A stretch of DNA of 60,380 bases, filler included, from Bonamia ostreae (Eukaryota): NCBI GenBank assembly GCA_040357525.1. It is 11 parts of 11 records of this genome, joined end to end, with 100 filler letters (N's around TTAATTAATTAA, not from the genome) between each part and the next. Parts side by side here need not be neighbours in the genome. Positions count along the whole stretch, not along the records: positions 22,148 to 27,555 come from JBDODL010000198.1; positions 27,656 to 33,059 come from JBDODL010000199.1; positions 33,160 to 38,552 come from JBDODL010000200.1; 8 more parts are not named here. One strand, written 5' to 3'. The position numbers and the translations under genes are program-made. Under the pieces are notes generated by a model. The model saw nothing but the letters and a program-made list of their open reading frames with translations, had not been told where the DNA came from and made no database searches. Below are positions 23,571 through 37,105 of the stretch, in pieces. Positions within the stretch are counted from its first letter, which is position 1. Each line of letters begins with the position of its first letter.

Positions 23571-24248
23571 TTAATAAGATATTATTATGAAAAACAACTC
23601 ATAAATATTTAAAATATGTAACATATTCAAGTTGATTTGTATTAAAATTACTTTATAACAGTTATTCATAGCCACATTTGATACGAACATTGCTTTCGAG
23701 TTTTCAACCGAAACGCTTAAATCAAGGATTTTGGTACGACTGCTTAAATTTCTAATAAAAATCAGCAAATTATATTTGGAGAAGACAATTTTTGAAAAAA
23801 TCATGATTCTATTTTTTCTGCTTTGCACAAATATATCTCCCGCTTGAAATATAGCAATCCGGCCATGAACGCGAGCAGGATTGCGTAAATCCAAATCACA
23901 ATACTTGTGAATAAGAGGTTTAGCCCGTAAGACAAAACCGTTGTCGAAAGACAAAGGGAATATCCGATTATCTTTTTTTACGTTTGATTTCTAACAAAAC
24001 AACATAAAGAACTTTCGCGATGTTTTTCTGGTTAGTCAGAAATCTGTCTCCGAACAAAAACATGAGCGTGCAGGTTGTATGCAACAATATATTTATAATC
24101 AAGAAAATCTTCATACGATAAAACAATATCAATGAAATTATGAAAACTGCGATGCCGAACAACTAACTTTATTTGATTTATAAACATCGCAAAGAAGAAC
24201 GGCAGATGAAACTAGAATCGATTTTGAAATTGTTTGAAGGGAATCCAT
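23571..24248 (-). CDS. Small membrane protein, paralog B
   Basis: MDSLQTISKSILVSSAVLLCD^LFGIAVFII...; introns of 23 and 22 nt. Confidence 0.6.
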
Positions 24249-24730
24249 TTGGTTTAATTCAAGTTTAATTTTCTATATACAATAAAAAATTAAGTAAAGC
24301 TGTAATCTCAGTAAATTTCCGGCTGTAAATTAATGTGTAAATTTTCAGTTATAAATGTGGGTCAGTCATAATTTTTCAATTTAATGTAAGAACAACATTG
24401 CCCGAATTTTTGGACAACAATTGAAATGTCAATTTTATTGTCAAAATTTTGAAAGCTGCTTTTATTGTTACATGTTTGTTTAATCTTGCAACTTTTCTTC
24501 GATAAATATTTAATCAAATCTCTCAACTTTACATTTCATCCTCTGTGGACGCATCGTTTTTGCATTTTATCGATTAGAAGATAATTAATTGAAAGCAGTA
24601 AAATTTTTGTTAACAAAATTTTTTCTCATTGTTAACAAAAACGCAAACCGAAAAAGATATCACAATATTTTATTCGCGAGGAATATGGAATTTAGCAATT
24701 TTGGCAATATTATATTTTTGCCGAAGAAAA

Positions 24731-25091
24731 ATGAACAACTTTAGTAATTCTAATATATTCAGAAAGTCTTCGATAGGAAAGTGCCTCGAAGAAACATTGT
24801 CTTTAATGAATAGGAAAGAAGAATTGCCAGAAGACGTCAACTCTCTCATTTTGTCGCATTTTGAAAAAGTTTGTTTAAAAACTGAAAGTCCATTAGTTTT
24901 CACTTAAAGAACTCAGCAAAATTGCCATTTGTTGATTCGATAGTTTAAAAATTGTAACGTTTTAGGGTGGACTAAAACATTATCAACGCTGTGACAACGA
25001 CTGGAAACTGCAGCTTGAAAATGCCGAGTTTGTTACGGAAGGAGGCGAAATAGTTAGATCTTCTAAAATCGATGTTTTTGGTGTCAAATAA
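24731..25091 (+). CDS. TOA2: TFIIA gamma (small) subunit
   Basis: FRKSSIGKCLEETL...ILSHFEK^SI...^GGLKHYQRCDNDWKLQL. Introns of 20 and 23 nt. Confidence 0.85.
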
Positions 25092-25404
25092 ATACAGTTA
25101 TTTTTACAAAATGGCTATTTTAACTTTGTAATAAAATATTTAATCGCAATAAATAATTGAATGTCAATTTGTCTTAAAATTCGAAAATGACTCAATTTTC
25201 AAAAATTGAAAAGACTTTCGAATCAGTTTTTACATATTCTCTAGATTTCTTATGAAATATTGTCCACAAAGTTTCTAATCGAGTCATATTACAATAAAGC
25301 TTTAAAAACAATATATACAATACTCTTAACATTCTAAGTCAAAATTCAAAATTATATGTTAAAACGTTTAAAAATTTTGCTAAAAAGTAGTTACCGGCGC
25401 TTTA

Positions 25405-27555
25405 ATGGACAAATTGGATTTTCTAAAGTTTTATAAAAGACAACAAAAAGCCAATGCCGTTCTATAAAACGCCAATTGTCGCAAGACCATAAAACGAAGA
25501 AAATGAATTTCCCACTTCGTTCAGAGTTTCATTTAAACAATTAAACATCAAAAAATTGTCATTTTTAACAAAACCGCAAATTCCTAAAATACAAAAGAAT
25601 GGAAAGAAAGTATTGCTATTTGTTAAAAAATGACGCAGTTTTCGCAAACAAAAAAGAAATTTTGCAAAGTTTGTGGAAAATCTGTTTTTATGAAATAATT
25701 GATTATTATCGAAGAGGAATAGATCACGTTTTTAAAATTTATTTAGTTTTCGAAATCTCGCGATATCACGAAAAAGGAAAATTTGACCATTTCTTACAAA
25801 AAATGTAATTTTCGAATTAAAAATATTCGTCAAATTTAAAAACTAAATTTAAAATCAAATTTGTTAAAAAAGCCAAATTCAAAAATTAAACAAAACTTTT
25901 AAAGTTCTTCAAGATTCGTTATCCACTTTAAAAACATTGTTGAACGCATTTTTGGCCCAATCGAAATTGCGCCAAAATGACGAACATCTTTTAATCGACC
26001 AACTTTCCAATCCAAAATTTTTCAAGTTCCGGAAAATTTCCAAAGACAGAGCCAAAGTGCTCATTCACAGTCTTCATATCTGTTACCGTTTGTTCATCTA
26101 TATCGGCGACATCGGTTTTATCTTGTTACAAACCAGAGCGGTACAAAGAAATGTTGAAACCGGAAGAAAAAAGGAACTTTTCAAAGTCTTCGGATTATTA
26201 TGAGTGCGCCATTTTGACACTTCCTGATTCCGGGATGGCCTATAACCAACTAGCAGTTTTGTCCAAATTGGGAAAAAATGTTTTATCGTCAGTGTACCAT
26301 TACGCGAGAAGTCTATCGGCGCAAAGCAGATATTCTCCCACAGAAAACAACTTTTTTAATTTATTGAACGATAATTTTAAAAAGCTTCAATTTCTTTTTT
26401 ACGTTTTTAAATGCAATTTTTTGAATTCTGAACACAATTTTTGTACTAATAATCGCAAATCTAAACACAATTTTTGTACTAAAAATTGCAAATCTAATCA
26501 CAATTTTGTATTAAAAATCGCAAATCTAAAAATCTGAACAACATTTTTACTAAAATAAAGAAATCAAAAGAAAACAAAATGGAGATTTTTATAACAAAAA
26601 TAAAATCGATGAAAACTCTTTTTGTCTCAATACTTTATCTAGTTCAAATAATTGCTCGCAGTAACAACAAAATTTTTGTAAAAAGCGAATTTGAAAATTG
26701 CGAAAAAATTTCAAATGCCGTTCTCAAAATTTGTTGTTCTTATCTTTTTGGAGCTTTAGATCACAGCTCTATAACCGTTTTTGCTCATCCAAATTTTAAC
26801 AAAACCAAATTAAAACAAAATAGAAAAACGAAGAAAAAATAATAAAAAATATTTTGCTCGAAATAACAGTTATTTCGTTGTTCCTTTTTAGCCAATCGGT
26901 TTCAGAACGAAGCGGTTGTGACAGCACACAGAAAAACGCTTCTTTTTTGTGGATAATCGATTATTTAACGAACGGAATTTCAAGTTTAGACTGTTCGGAC
27001 TTTGTTTTGGTTTTATCCGTTTTTTCGGATTTTTGTTCAAATAATATCGAAATGGTTCGAATGCTGAAGAAAAACGACTTTAAAAATGATATTGTTTTTA
27101 ACATTTGTAAATTTTTGTCATTTTTTTTAATTTGGAAAAGTTGAAGAACAAAACAGAAACATTCAAAAACCTTTTTTTCGATAATTTGGAAAAACTCAAA
27201 TTATCCGAAAAGAAAATAGCGAATGAAGAAAAATTTAAATTCGGCGATTTTTTGTTACCGGAAGAAAGAGAATTGAGAGGATTTCATCCCCTTTCAATTG
27301 AATACGAGAAGAATTTTTTAGCGACCACTTTTCTCGAAAGAAGACAAAATTTCTCAAATTTGGAAAATCTGTTTATAGGTCAAAATCTTATTGCCGAAAA
27401 GGCTAAATTTGAGTGATTTAGCATTTAGCCAATCTGAAAATTTTTAATAAAAAGGTGAAAATTCTAAAATTTTGTACCAAGAATCGTATGAAAACAATTA
27501 TTATTTGTTGAAAAGAATAGAAAAAATTAAAAATTTTGCCAAATTGCTCAAAACA
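25405..27555 (+). CDS. EST1/SMG5-6-7 family protein (3'-partial)
   Basis: LWKICFYEII, LFIYIGDI^ERY, YYECAILTLPDSGMAYNQLAVL, VYHYARSL, LLPEERELRGFHPL. Confidence 0.85.
26430..26530. repeat. ~33-bp intronic minisatellite (x3)
   Basis: aacacaatttttgtactaaaaatcgcaaatct units. Confidence 0.75.
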
Positions 27556-27655
27556 NNNNNNNNNNNNNNNNNNNNNNNNNNNNNNNNNNNNNNNNNNNNT
27601 TAATTAATTAANNNNNNNNNNNNNNNNNNNNNNNNNNNNNNNNNNNNNNNNNNNN

Positions 27656-29265
27656 ATTTCAATTAAAATTTTCAATTTTTAGAATTAAAATTTTTTGTAA
27701 TTTTAAAAAAGTAAATTTGAAATTTTGAAACTCTCTTAAAAGATATTCAGTGAAAGCAATAGACTGAATTGTTTTGCCCAACCCCATTTCATCCGCCAAA
27801 ATGCAATTCACTTTTTTGTGCCAATTTTTGATCAGCCATCGCACGCCATGTTCTTGGTACGGCCTTTTCAACTCGTTTCCGTTTTTGTATTCCGGCGGTT
27901 GCCATTCGGAAAACGGCGTTCCGCCTTTCAAAGTGGGCGGTCTCGCGTTTCTAGGACTTTTCGGGTCGTGCCACGAAGTTGGAAGCGTTTTTAGGCCAAT
28001 CCGTTTGAGCTTTCTCTTCAAATCGCTCGATTTTTCGTAACGTTTCGCCGCCATTTTTAGCGATTTTTTCAGTTTTGTGGGATCGAGATATTGTTCGATC
28101 GCTTTTCTTTTGGCGTACTTTGTTATTAGATATTTTCCGCCATTTTCCGCACAACTTTGAGCCGAATTTTGACTGTTTTGTTGGACGTCGTTCGCGCCAA
28201 TTTCGGTTCCGACTTCGGAAAAGTCCTCCCAAGTGCACTCGGTCATCGGAAGAGAGCGCCATTTGACCAGATATTCTACGAAAACCAAATATTTTTTCGT
28301 TTTTCTGAAAACCGCGGTTTCGAAATATCGCTTGAGACAACCAGGAAGACCATCCCGCGTCTTTAGCTTGTTTACAAAATCGGTTTGACTTCGTCCATTT
28401 ACGCCCGAAGGGATTTTTACGCGAAAAAGCAAATCGTGTTCTGATCGATTTTCGTCGATTGGACCGATTTGGTCTTTACCGTCGATGACAAGATTTTCGT
28501 CGATTGGACCGATTTGGTCTTTACCGTCGATGACAAAATTTTCGTTGATTGGACCGATTTGGTCTTTACCGTCGATGACAAAATTTTCGTCGTCGGCGTC
28601 AAACTCTTCGACGTTGATGCGATGTCGAATGATCCTCTCCACTTGGAGAAAAAAGGGATCGAAAAGAAAGCGAGCTGAAAATTTTCTTTCCAACTCGATG
28701 GGATCCGGCGCAGCATGAGACTCTCTAATGAACTTGTTCAACCGCAGTTTTCCGATTTTGTCGAATTCAATATCCATTTTCGACATCCAGTCGCAACGAT
28801 GGTAAGACAGATTTTTGAATTTGACGAGAAACATGTTTTTCGAATCCTCCAAGTCGCTCCGCATTATTATTTTCGAGCTTTTATTTGGTTCGGAAAAAAC
28901 AGTGTTTTTGGAAAAGGGGGATCAAAAAGATCGCTTGTGTCTTCGACAACGGGGGCTATAAGGGTTTTGGTCGAAATTAACCTTTTTTGGTTTTCTTCGG
29001 TTTTCTATTTTCGGTTTCCGATTCCGAAGAAAAGGAATAGGATTCCGAGTCCGAAGCCGGCGCAGAGGGATTTTCGTTTTCAGATTCTTTTTCCGACGAA
29101 TTTTGGTAGGATGACTCTGATGGTTGTTTGGAAGCGAAATCGTTTATAAAGCTACTTCCCTGGGAATCGGAGTTTGGGGATTCTTGTATTGTTTAATAAG
29201 GAACCGGAGCTTAAAAAGTCTAATGGAGTTTTCTTTTTTGTGTCCAATCTCGCTGACCTTCTCAT
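27656..29265 (-). CDS. CHD6-9-like chromodomain helicase (3'-partial)
   Basis: Chromodomains [15 protein letters not shown] and [37 protein letters not shown]...[17 protein letters not shown]. Confidence 0.9.
28448..28592 (-). repeat. 45-bp tandem repeat (x3) in the CHD gene
   Basis: Encodes [14 protein letters not shown](N/D) three times. Each unit carries G^GTAAAG. Confidence 0.9.
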
Positions 29266-29497
29266 TTTTGCTAACGAGACTAAATTAATTTTATATTAAA
29301 AATCGCTAAGACCAGTAAAGCTTGCACAGCTATAATTTAGTTTCAGTCCAAAACGATTGGGACAAAATTAAAACCGTCTGAATTGTAAATAATGTAAAAA
29401 TCGTCTGAACTGTAAATTATGTAAAAATGTGAATGTTACCTTCTTCAATTATTTTGTAGTCGCAAAATTATTGCAATATTTAGCAAAATTTGCGGAA

Positions 29498-30763
29498 ATG
29501 AGCGGAAAAGATTTAAGTCACAGGACTATTGGGGAAAGCACGCTTTTGGCCTTAGCTGAATCCCTTTTAGTGCCGACGAAAAGTTTATCGGCGAAAACGG
29601 AATGTTCTCCGTCGAGAGGAAAATTTTCCTTTTACAGATTATATTCCAAAATCGTCAAACCTTGTCACAGATTTAATAGAGCGCAATTTTGGGCGGTTTT
29701 GAGGAAATCCCCCAATTTTCCGCATGTCGTCAATAAGATCAAATCTGATTCGCAAAATGATAAAATCGTTCGACTTGAGATTTGCAAGTAAAATTGCTTT
29801 TTTCTGCAATTTGAAGTTCAAGTTTCAAATAAAAATGCCAAGAAATTTGACGGAAAACAAAATAAGAATTGAACTAAGCGATATTATTAAAAAATACGAT
29901 TCTCTTTATTCTTTTGAGAAATGTCTGAATTTCGGGAGAATTGTCAAAAATGTCCATCGTTTTATAAAACGCTCTAATCGCGAAACGAAAAATCTCTCGA
30001 TTTATTTAAGTTCCGAAGAATTACTGAAATTCCAAAAAAAAAACAGAATTTGTTTTATAACTAAAAAAAGATATTTTCGCAATACAACAATAACAAAAAT
30101 TTGAATGAAATGGCTGAATTCAAAAGCAGCTTATTTAATTTTAGGCATTTTNNNNNNNNNNNNNNNNNNNNNNNNNNNNNNNNNNNNNNNNNNNNNNNNN
30201 NNNNNNNNNNNNNNNNNNNNNNNNNNNNNNNNNNNNNNNNNNNNNNNNNNNAAATTTGAATGAAATGGCTGAATTCAAAAGCAGCTTATTTAATTTTAGG
30301 CATTTTGACGAAGTTTTTGTTTTCCATTTTATCAAAGTTTTCAAGATTTAGAATAAGTGCGCGAATAACAAAAGAGAAAAATTTTCAAGATTTTAGATTT
30401 GGCGAATCTAGCCAAAATCGCATCGAATCCTGTGTTTATTTGGAAGGGAGGATTTCGAAATCGAAATCGGAAGCCGAGAAGGAACAAATCCGGTTTTATA
30501 GAGATGCGGAAAAATGCTCGCGCGAGGAGAGCCACCATCCAGCGCTTTGGGATTATCACATAAGAGAGACTTCTACCGACAAGTGCGTAGCGTGTGAGTA
30601 CTTTTGGCCTTCGACCCTTAAAAACAACTTTGTTATAAATAAAATAGACGAAGAAACCCCGATTTTAAGCTTTAATGGGAATTCTGAAATGTTTGCGATA
30701 AAGGGGAAGGATAAAACAATGCTGTTTGATATTTTGGAAGGTTCGATAGATTTTCTGGCATAA
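29498..30763 (+). CDS. Hypothetical protein
   Basis: Successive same-strand ORFs joinable by GT-AG introns; internal N gap; no family recognised. Confidence 0.5.
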
Positions 30764-30945
30764 ATTATATTTTTAGCGATAGAACATTTTAAAATCTCAA
30801 TTACAAGATTCAAAAACTACATTAACAGAGAGTTTTATTACAAAAACAATTTTCACAAAAAGCAGAAAAATGTGCATAGCCATATATTGATAATCGCAAA
30901 ATAAAAATCCTAAGAGCTGAAAATGGTGATGAAAACAAAAAGCGT

Positions 30946-31444
30946 TTAACAAAAAAGTCTTAGTCTAAAAGCATTGTTTCCGCCAATGTAAAAATTCGTC
31001 AAATGAGCGACTCTGCAAAATCCCATTTTCTTGTAGAAGGACATTGCAGCCAAATTTTTTTCGTCGGCTTCGAGATAAATCTTAAATAAAATAAAACAAC
31101 TTCACTTGCCCCAGAACTGATCATCGATTCGATAGCTGTTTTGACCAGTTTCGATCCTATTCCGTTTCGCCTGTAATTTTCGTCTACAGCCAACATCGCA
31201 AGATATCCTTCCTTCAGATTTTCGGTCGCGTACTCGCTTTTGCAGACCACAACGCCTATCAATTTTTCGCCGACTTTGGCCTATAATAGAAAAGGTAAAC
31301 CAGAACACACAATTCCGGCCAATTTCGGAGAAAATATCGATATGTGAAAATGGTGTAAGGTTCGTAAAGTTCTATGTCGATGAGCTTCATTATGTGCGGC
31401 AAATCAGACTCATCTTTATATTGCGAATATTTGATTGCGTCCAT
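30946..31444 (-). CDS. NAA30: N-alpha-acetyltransferase 30 (NatC catalytic subunit)
   Basis: ELYEPYTIFTYRYFLRNWPELC, GYLAMLAVDENYRRNGIG, IYLEA..N.AA..FY.KMGF. Two 20-nt introns. Confidence 0.93.
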
Positions 31445-31751
31445 TTGCGATTTTATGTTGAAAAGTTAATTGAAATACAAACTATATGAAACTTGTGTAT
31501 GTATGAAATATGTTGTGAGCTTTAATTTTTAAGATTTATGATTTTTTCGAAGACAGTTTCCAGAGAAAAAATAAAATCTTATATTTCCAGAGGAAAAATA
31601 AAATCTTTGCCAACCTTAAAAACGTTTCTGTTTTCAGGCCACAAATCTTTTTGGCGTACGATGATATTATTGAAAAATAAGCGACTGATTTAAAAAATAA
31701 AAAATAAGCAATGAAAGATTATTTTGTTTAAAAAAAATATAAAGATCTTTA

Positions 31752-32237
31752 TTATTTGATTTGTTTTTTGTCCATTAGTTGTTTTAAGAAGTTGAAATTT
31801 GATGACGGAAGAGTTTCATTTCCTCTTTGGATTTCTCGAAGCAAAGTGTGTTGCTTTAAATTGTTTTTCTGTCTTAATTCCTTCACTTTCAAAAACAAAT
31901 TTTTCTCGTCCTCGTCATATTTTCTTTTTTTAATTTTTTCTTCAAATAGCTTTATCAAAATAAGCGTATCACAGATTTTTGAATATGATTTTATCAAAAT
32001 AAAATCCACTTAAAAACATGTGTCTAATCTCTCTTTCGTAGATTATCTTCTTTATGTCTTCGTTTAAAGAAAAGTTTTTCAGCTCCAAATCTTTAATTTC
32101 GTTGCGATAATTTTCAATACTGCGCAAACGATTCAATGTACATTTTCGAACTGCCAAACGATTTCTCCGTCTTTAAACAATTTAAACAATCGAAACCTGC
32201 GCTTCTCTGCCTTTTCTGACGAGCTATTGACCTCCAT
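31752..32237 (-). CDS. bZIP transcription factor-like protein B
   Basis: Spliced MEVNSSSEKAEKRR^RRNRLAVRKCTLNRLRSIENYRNEIKDLELKNFSLNEDIKKI: basic region plus heptads. Confidence 0.7.
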
Positions 32238-32354
32238 TGATTAAATGGGTTTGTTTCTCTTGGTTTAAAACGATATTTATTAGCAAAAATTAATTAACGG
32301 TCAAACCGACATTTTAAAATCCAATTTGTAATATAAACTAAAATTGTTCAACAT

Positions 32355-32810
32355 TTAATGTCCCAGTCTAGCTGACCGTTCTTCTGCCAAAATTTCATCT
32401 AGCAATTGCAGATTAACCGCTTTGGAAAAATTTTTGTGGATCATTTGTCTGTTATATGTCCATTGCTCAAATACGCCTTTGTCGCTAAAAATAATTCGTT
32501 GTTTTTGTTGCCTTAATTTTTTGGAAACGTTGTCAAAAATTTGTTTTGGAATTTGCAAAATTGGCTATTCGAATTGGCGAATATAAACATATCGACATCT
32601 TTTTTCTGGAGATAAAGCGTTTTGAATTCTTCAACGAGCCTATGAGTCTCTTCACTAGACGTTTTTTTTCTATGCAACAATTCTTTTACCATTCTTTGGC
32701 GATTTAAAACACATTTTCTCACCGCTTGGCGATTTTTCTCTCTTGCAAAATAGTCGTTTGATAAATTACCGTTTTATAGCCTTTTCTTGCAGTTCTTTGG
32801 ATTTGTCCAT
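32355..32810 (-). CDS. bZIP transcription factor-like protein A
   Basis: Spliced MDKSKELQEKAIKR^EKNRQAVRKCVLNRQRMVKEL; same intron position as paralog B. Confidence 0.65.
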
Positions 32811-33504
32811 TATGTAACGATATTTTATTTTATTTTCCGATAAACAAAATTAGTATAAATTCCAAGTAAAACAGAAATTGCGTTTTGGAAATTAATATTT
32901 ATGTTTTCTAAGTATTTGGGATCTAAATCTTTGTTTTCCATTCTATTAATGTTCGCTTGTTCACTAATGATTATGGCAATTTAATTTTTGCTGAAAAAAT
33001 TGTCGATAAAGCAAAAAAATTATCGATAAAATCAGAAAAACTGTAGATAAAAATTTGTANNNNNNNNNNNNNNNNNNNNNNNNNNNNNNNNNNNNNNNNN
33101 NNNTTAATTAATTAANNNNNNNNNNNNNNNNNNNNNNNNNNNNNNNNNNNNNNNNNNNNAATCCCACCGAGGCAACAGAAACTATTAAAACAAAAACAGA
33201 AGCAATAAGTAGCCAAAAATAAACCGACATAGAAAATTTTATTTTGGTTTGTCTGATTGGCCAGCAATTAATTTAAGATAAAGACTAAAAAAATTTTATT
33301 AATTTTATTAATAAAATTTTTTTATTTGTTTCGCAAAATATCTTTATTGTACGTTGGTAAATGTGAGTTTTAAACATGCTTTGTCCTTTTTTTGGCAAAA
33401 ATATTTAATCAAATATCTAAGCCGTCTTCAAATATTTTTGTCTTTATTTGAAATCTCCCATCAAACAATTAATCACTGTAGAAAACAGTAATTAACTACT
33501 TTGA

Positions 33505-33529
33505 CTCGGTGTTGTCGTTTCCAAACTGA
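33505..33529 (+). mobile_element. SINE-like element 3' fragment
   Basis: ctcggtgttgtcgtttccaaactga is 24/25 identical to 9523-9547. Confidence 0.6.
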
Positions 33530-33757
33530 CGCAACATAAAAATATTTTATGTCGGTTTATCTGAACTCCCAATTTGACTGATATTGCTCCATAACTTGAA
33601 TGTCTGCGCTAGACAATGGACGGTTTAATAAACCGCCAGCTTGTTTTATTAATAAATCGCTCGCCACAACCTCTTTTCGAAGCGTTTGGCAATTTATTAT
33701 TGTTACAATTGTACATGTACATAAATATATATAATGTCTGATTCGGCAAAATTTGCT

Positions 33758-33790
33758 GCACTTAGTTCGAACCACTGAGCCACCGCGCCC
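33758..33790 (-). mobile_element. SINE-like element 5' fragment
   Basis: GGGCGCGGTGGCTCAGTGGTTCGAACTAAGTGC. Confidence 0.7.
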
Positions 33791-33889
33791 AAGAAGTAAA
33801 CATTTGTCTCCAACACGATTGCAACATCAAAAACGAAAAATAACGAAAAACGCTTGGAACTTGCAAATGAAAGCCAAATGGTTAATTTT

Positions 33890-35277
<1,388 letters not shown>

Positions 35278-35323
35278 GTTAAGCTAATTTATATATAATT
35301 AAACTATATTCGAAACTAATATT

Positions 35324-36287
35324 ATGACAATAAAATGGCACTACGTTACTGAAAACGGTTCTAAATAAAACATATTTGCAGATGAGACAGTCGGTCCCGT
35401 CGACGAAAACGAATTGAAATCTCTTTTTGCGAAAAAAACGATTTCAGATAAAAGCTATGTTTGGAACGGAAAAACTGTCAAAGAATGGACCCCAATTTCA
35501 AATATACCTTCATTGCTCTCATCAGTTCGTCCTTCTAGAAGAGCGCCACCACCGCCACCTAAAAGTTTTTAATTTTCCAAAATCAACTAAAAATTTCAAA
35601 CCGAAAAAATTTCAAATCGAAAAAAAATATTTAAATCATCAAAAAGATTTTCCTTCACGCTCAAATTTTGGTTCGATGCAGACACAAGGCAGCAACAGAG
35701 ACATCTACAGTTCAAATTCCCGGATTGCACCCCCTCCACATAGAACTGCACCCCATCGCGATCAAAGCAATTTCAGCTCATTTCAAAATAATTCAAACTC
35801 TTCGGATCTGAACAATCCCATCGTGGACACACCACGAAGTGGCGATTCAAGAAACGACCTTCTTTCGCAAATACGGCAAAAACCAAATTTGAGATCGAAA
35901 CCGATACAACGACCGGTCTCATCTCCGGTGGCAACTATGCGCACTCCAAATAGAAATCCGATAAGGAATGAGCCTAGACAAAAATCAATCTTAAATCCAG
36001 CGATGTTTCGACCGATGCAAGCCAAAAAATTTGGAAATCCGCAAAGGTAAATTTGAAAATTTTAATTAGGTCTAGCTCCAATAAGTCGACGCATTTGAAC
36101 AGTTCTGGGACCAGTTCTTTCCAAAATGTAAAATTGCTAAATTCGAATTAAGAGTTTTGCGCGATCGCGGGAAACGGAAAGTGGCAATGACGAAGCAAAA
36201 ATCGATAAAGAAAAAATAATAAAATCGATTAGAGAAATGGATTCCAAAAATCCGTTGCTATTCGCTATTCAAAAACTTTGTGAATAA
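35324..36287 (+). CDS. GYF_2 (DUF4339)-like + Pro-rich + WH2-like protein
   Basis: WHYVTEN^DETVGPVDENELKSLF...SYVWNGKTVKEWTPISNIPSL; APPPPPK; SRNDLLSQIRQKPNLR. Four introns. Confidence 0.7.
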
Positions 36288-36342
36288 TATTAAATGCGGA
36301 TAACAGAAATTAGTTATAATAACAATGACTTTAAATGTTCAG

Positions 36343-36650
36343 TGTACATTCTGAATAATCTCTTCTAGTACGTTGGCAGTAACTGAAATCATTGCAAGTG
36401 GTCTGTGATCGTCAATTCCTGTAGAGTCTTTTTAATTTCTATGATAGGCCCTTCTTTCCAGCTAACAGATATCATTCCTTCTCTAAGAATTTTATTAAAA
36501 ATTTTGCTTTCCATCGGGCCACCCTTTTTAACACAAAAGGAAATATTTCGTCTGATCCTGGCGCTTTATTAATTTGTGGATTCTCTATTAGTTCCAAAAA
36601 TCTAGATTTAAATTCTTGAGATTCAATAACTCTTTTCTGTAGTCAAATAT
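36343..36650 (-). pseudogene. Decayed non-LTR (LINE) reverse transcriptase fragment
   Basis: Frameshifted NKAPGSDEI..VLK, FNKILREG..SWKEG.II.IKK and DHRPLAMIS..VLEEII, the canonical LINE RT N-terminal motifs. Confidence 0.8.
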
Positions 36651-36746
36651 ATTCCCAGAACCAAAAATTCATCTTTAACTTTTTTTATTCAGTAATTCAA
36701 CAAGAAAAGTAGTTGCTGCGTCGTCCGAATCGATTTTTTAAAGAAA

Positions 36747-37105
36747 TGAGAAAGATTTTTAATCTTGGTGTTGTTGAAGGTAATTATAAAGTCTGGGCGC
36801 TGAAAAAAACCTTCCAAATGTGTTTTTGTTTCAAGTGCGTGGAAATTATTTTCGTTTTGTTTTCATATTTTAGACTTCTTTTTTTATGGCGGATCGATCC
36901 ATTCAGGTCAAATCAAAGAAGGAGATTGTGTGTCTCATGGTTTAAATTTGTAATTCTAAAAGAAATGTGGACTTATCACTATTTTTTAACGAGGCAAGAA
37001 AAATTACCGGAATCGATTGAAGGGAATATACAAACAGAGCAATTAAAATTTCTAGTCACTAGAAAATACGGAACCATTAATGTCCACGCCTATAAAGAAC
37101 CATAG
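36747..37105 (+). CDS. Possible small hypothetical protein
   Basis: Open exons linked by GTTT...AG micro-introns; start not resolved. Confidence 0.3.

Noticed and set aside
30098-30306. ~54-bp direct repeat flanking an internal N100 gap
   Set aside because: Identical sequence on both sides of a scaffold gap is typical of an unmerged overlap. The same applies around 14509-14608.
33160-33180. AATCCCACCGAGGCA at a contig start resembling a tRNA 3' end
   Set aside because: Too short and truncated by the contig edge to support a call.
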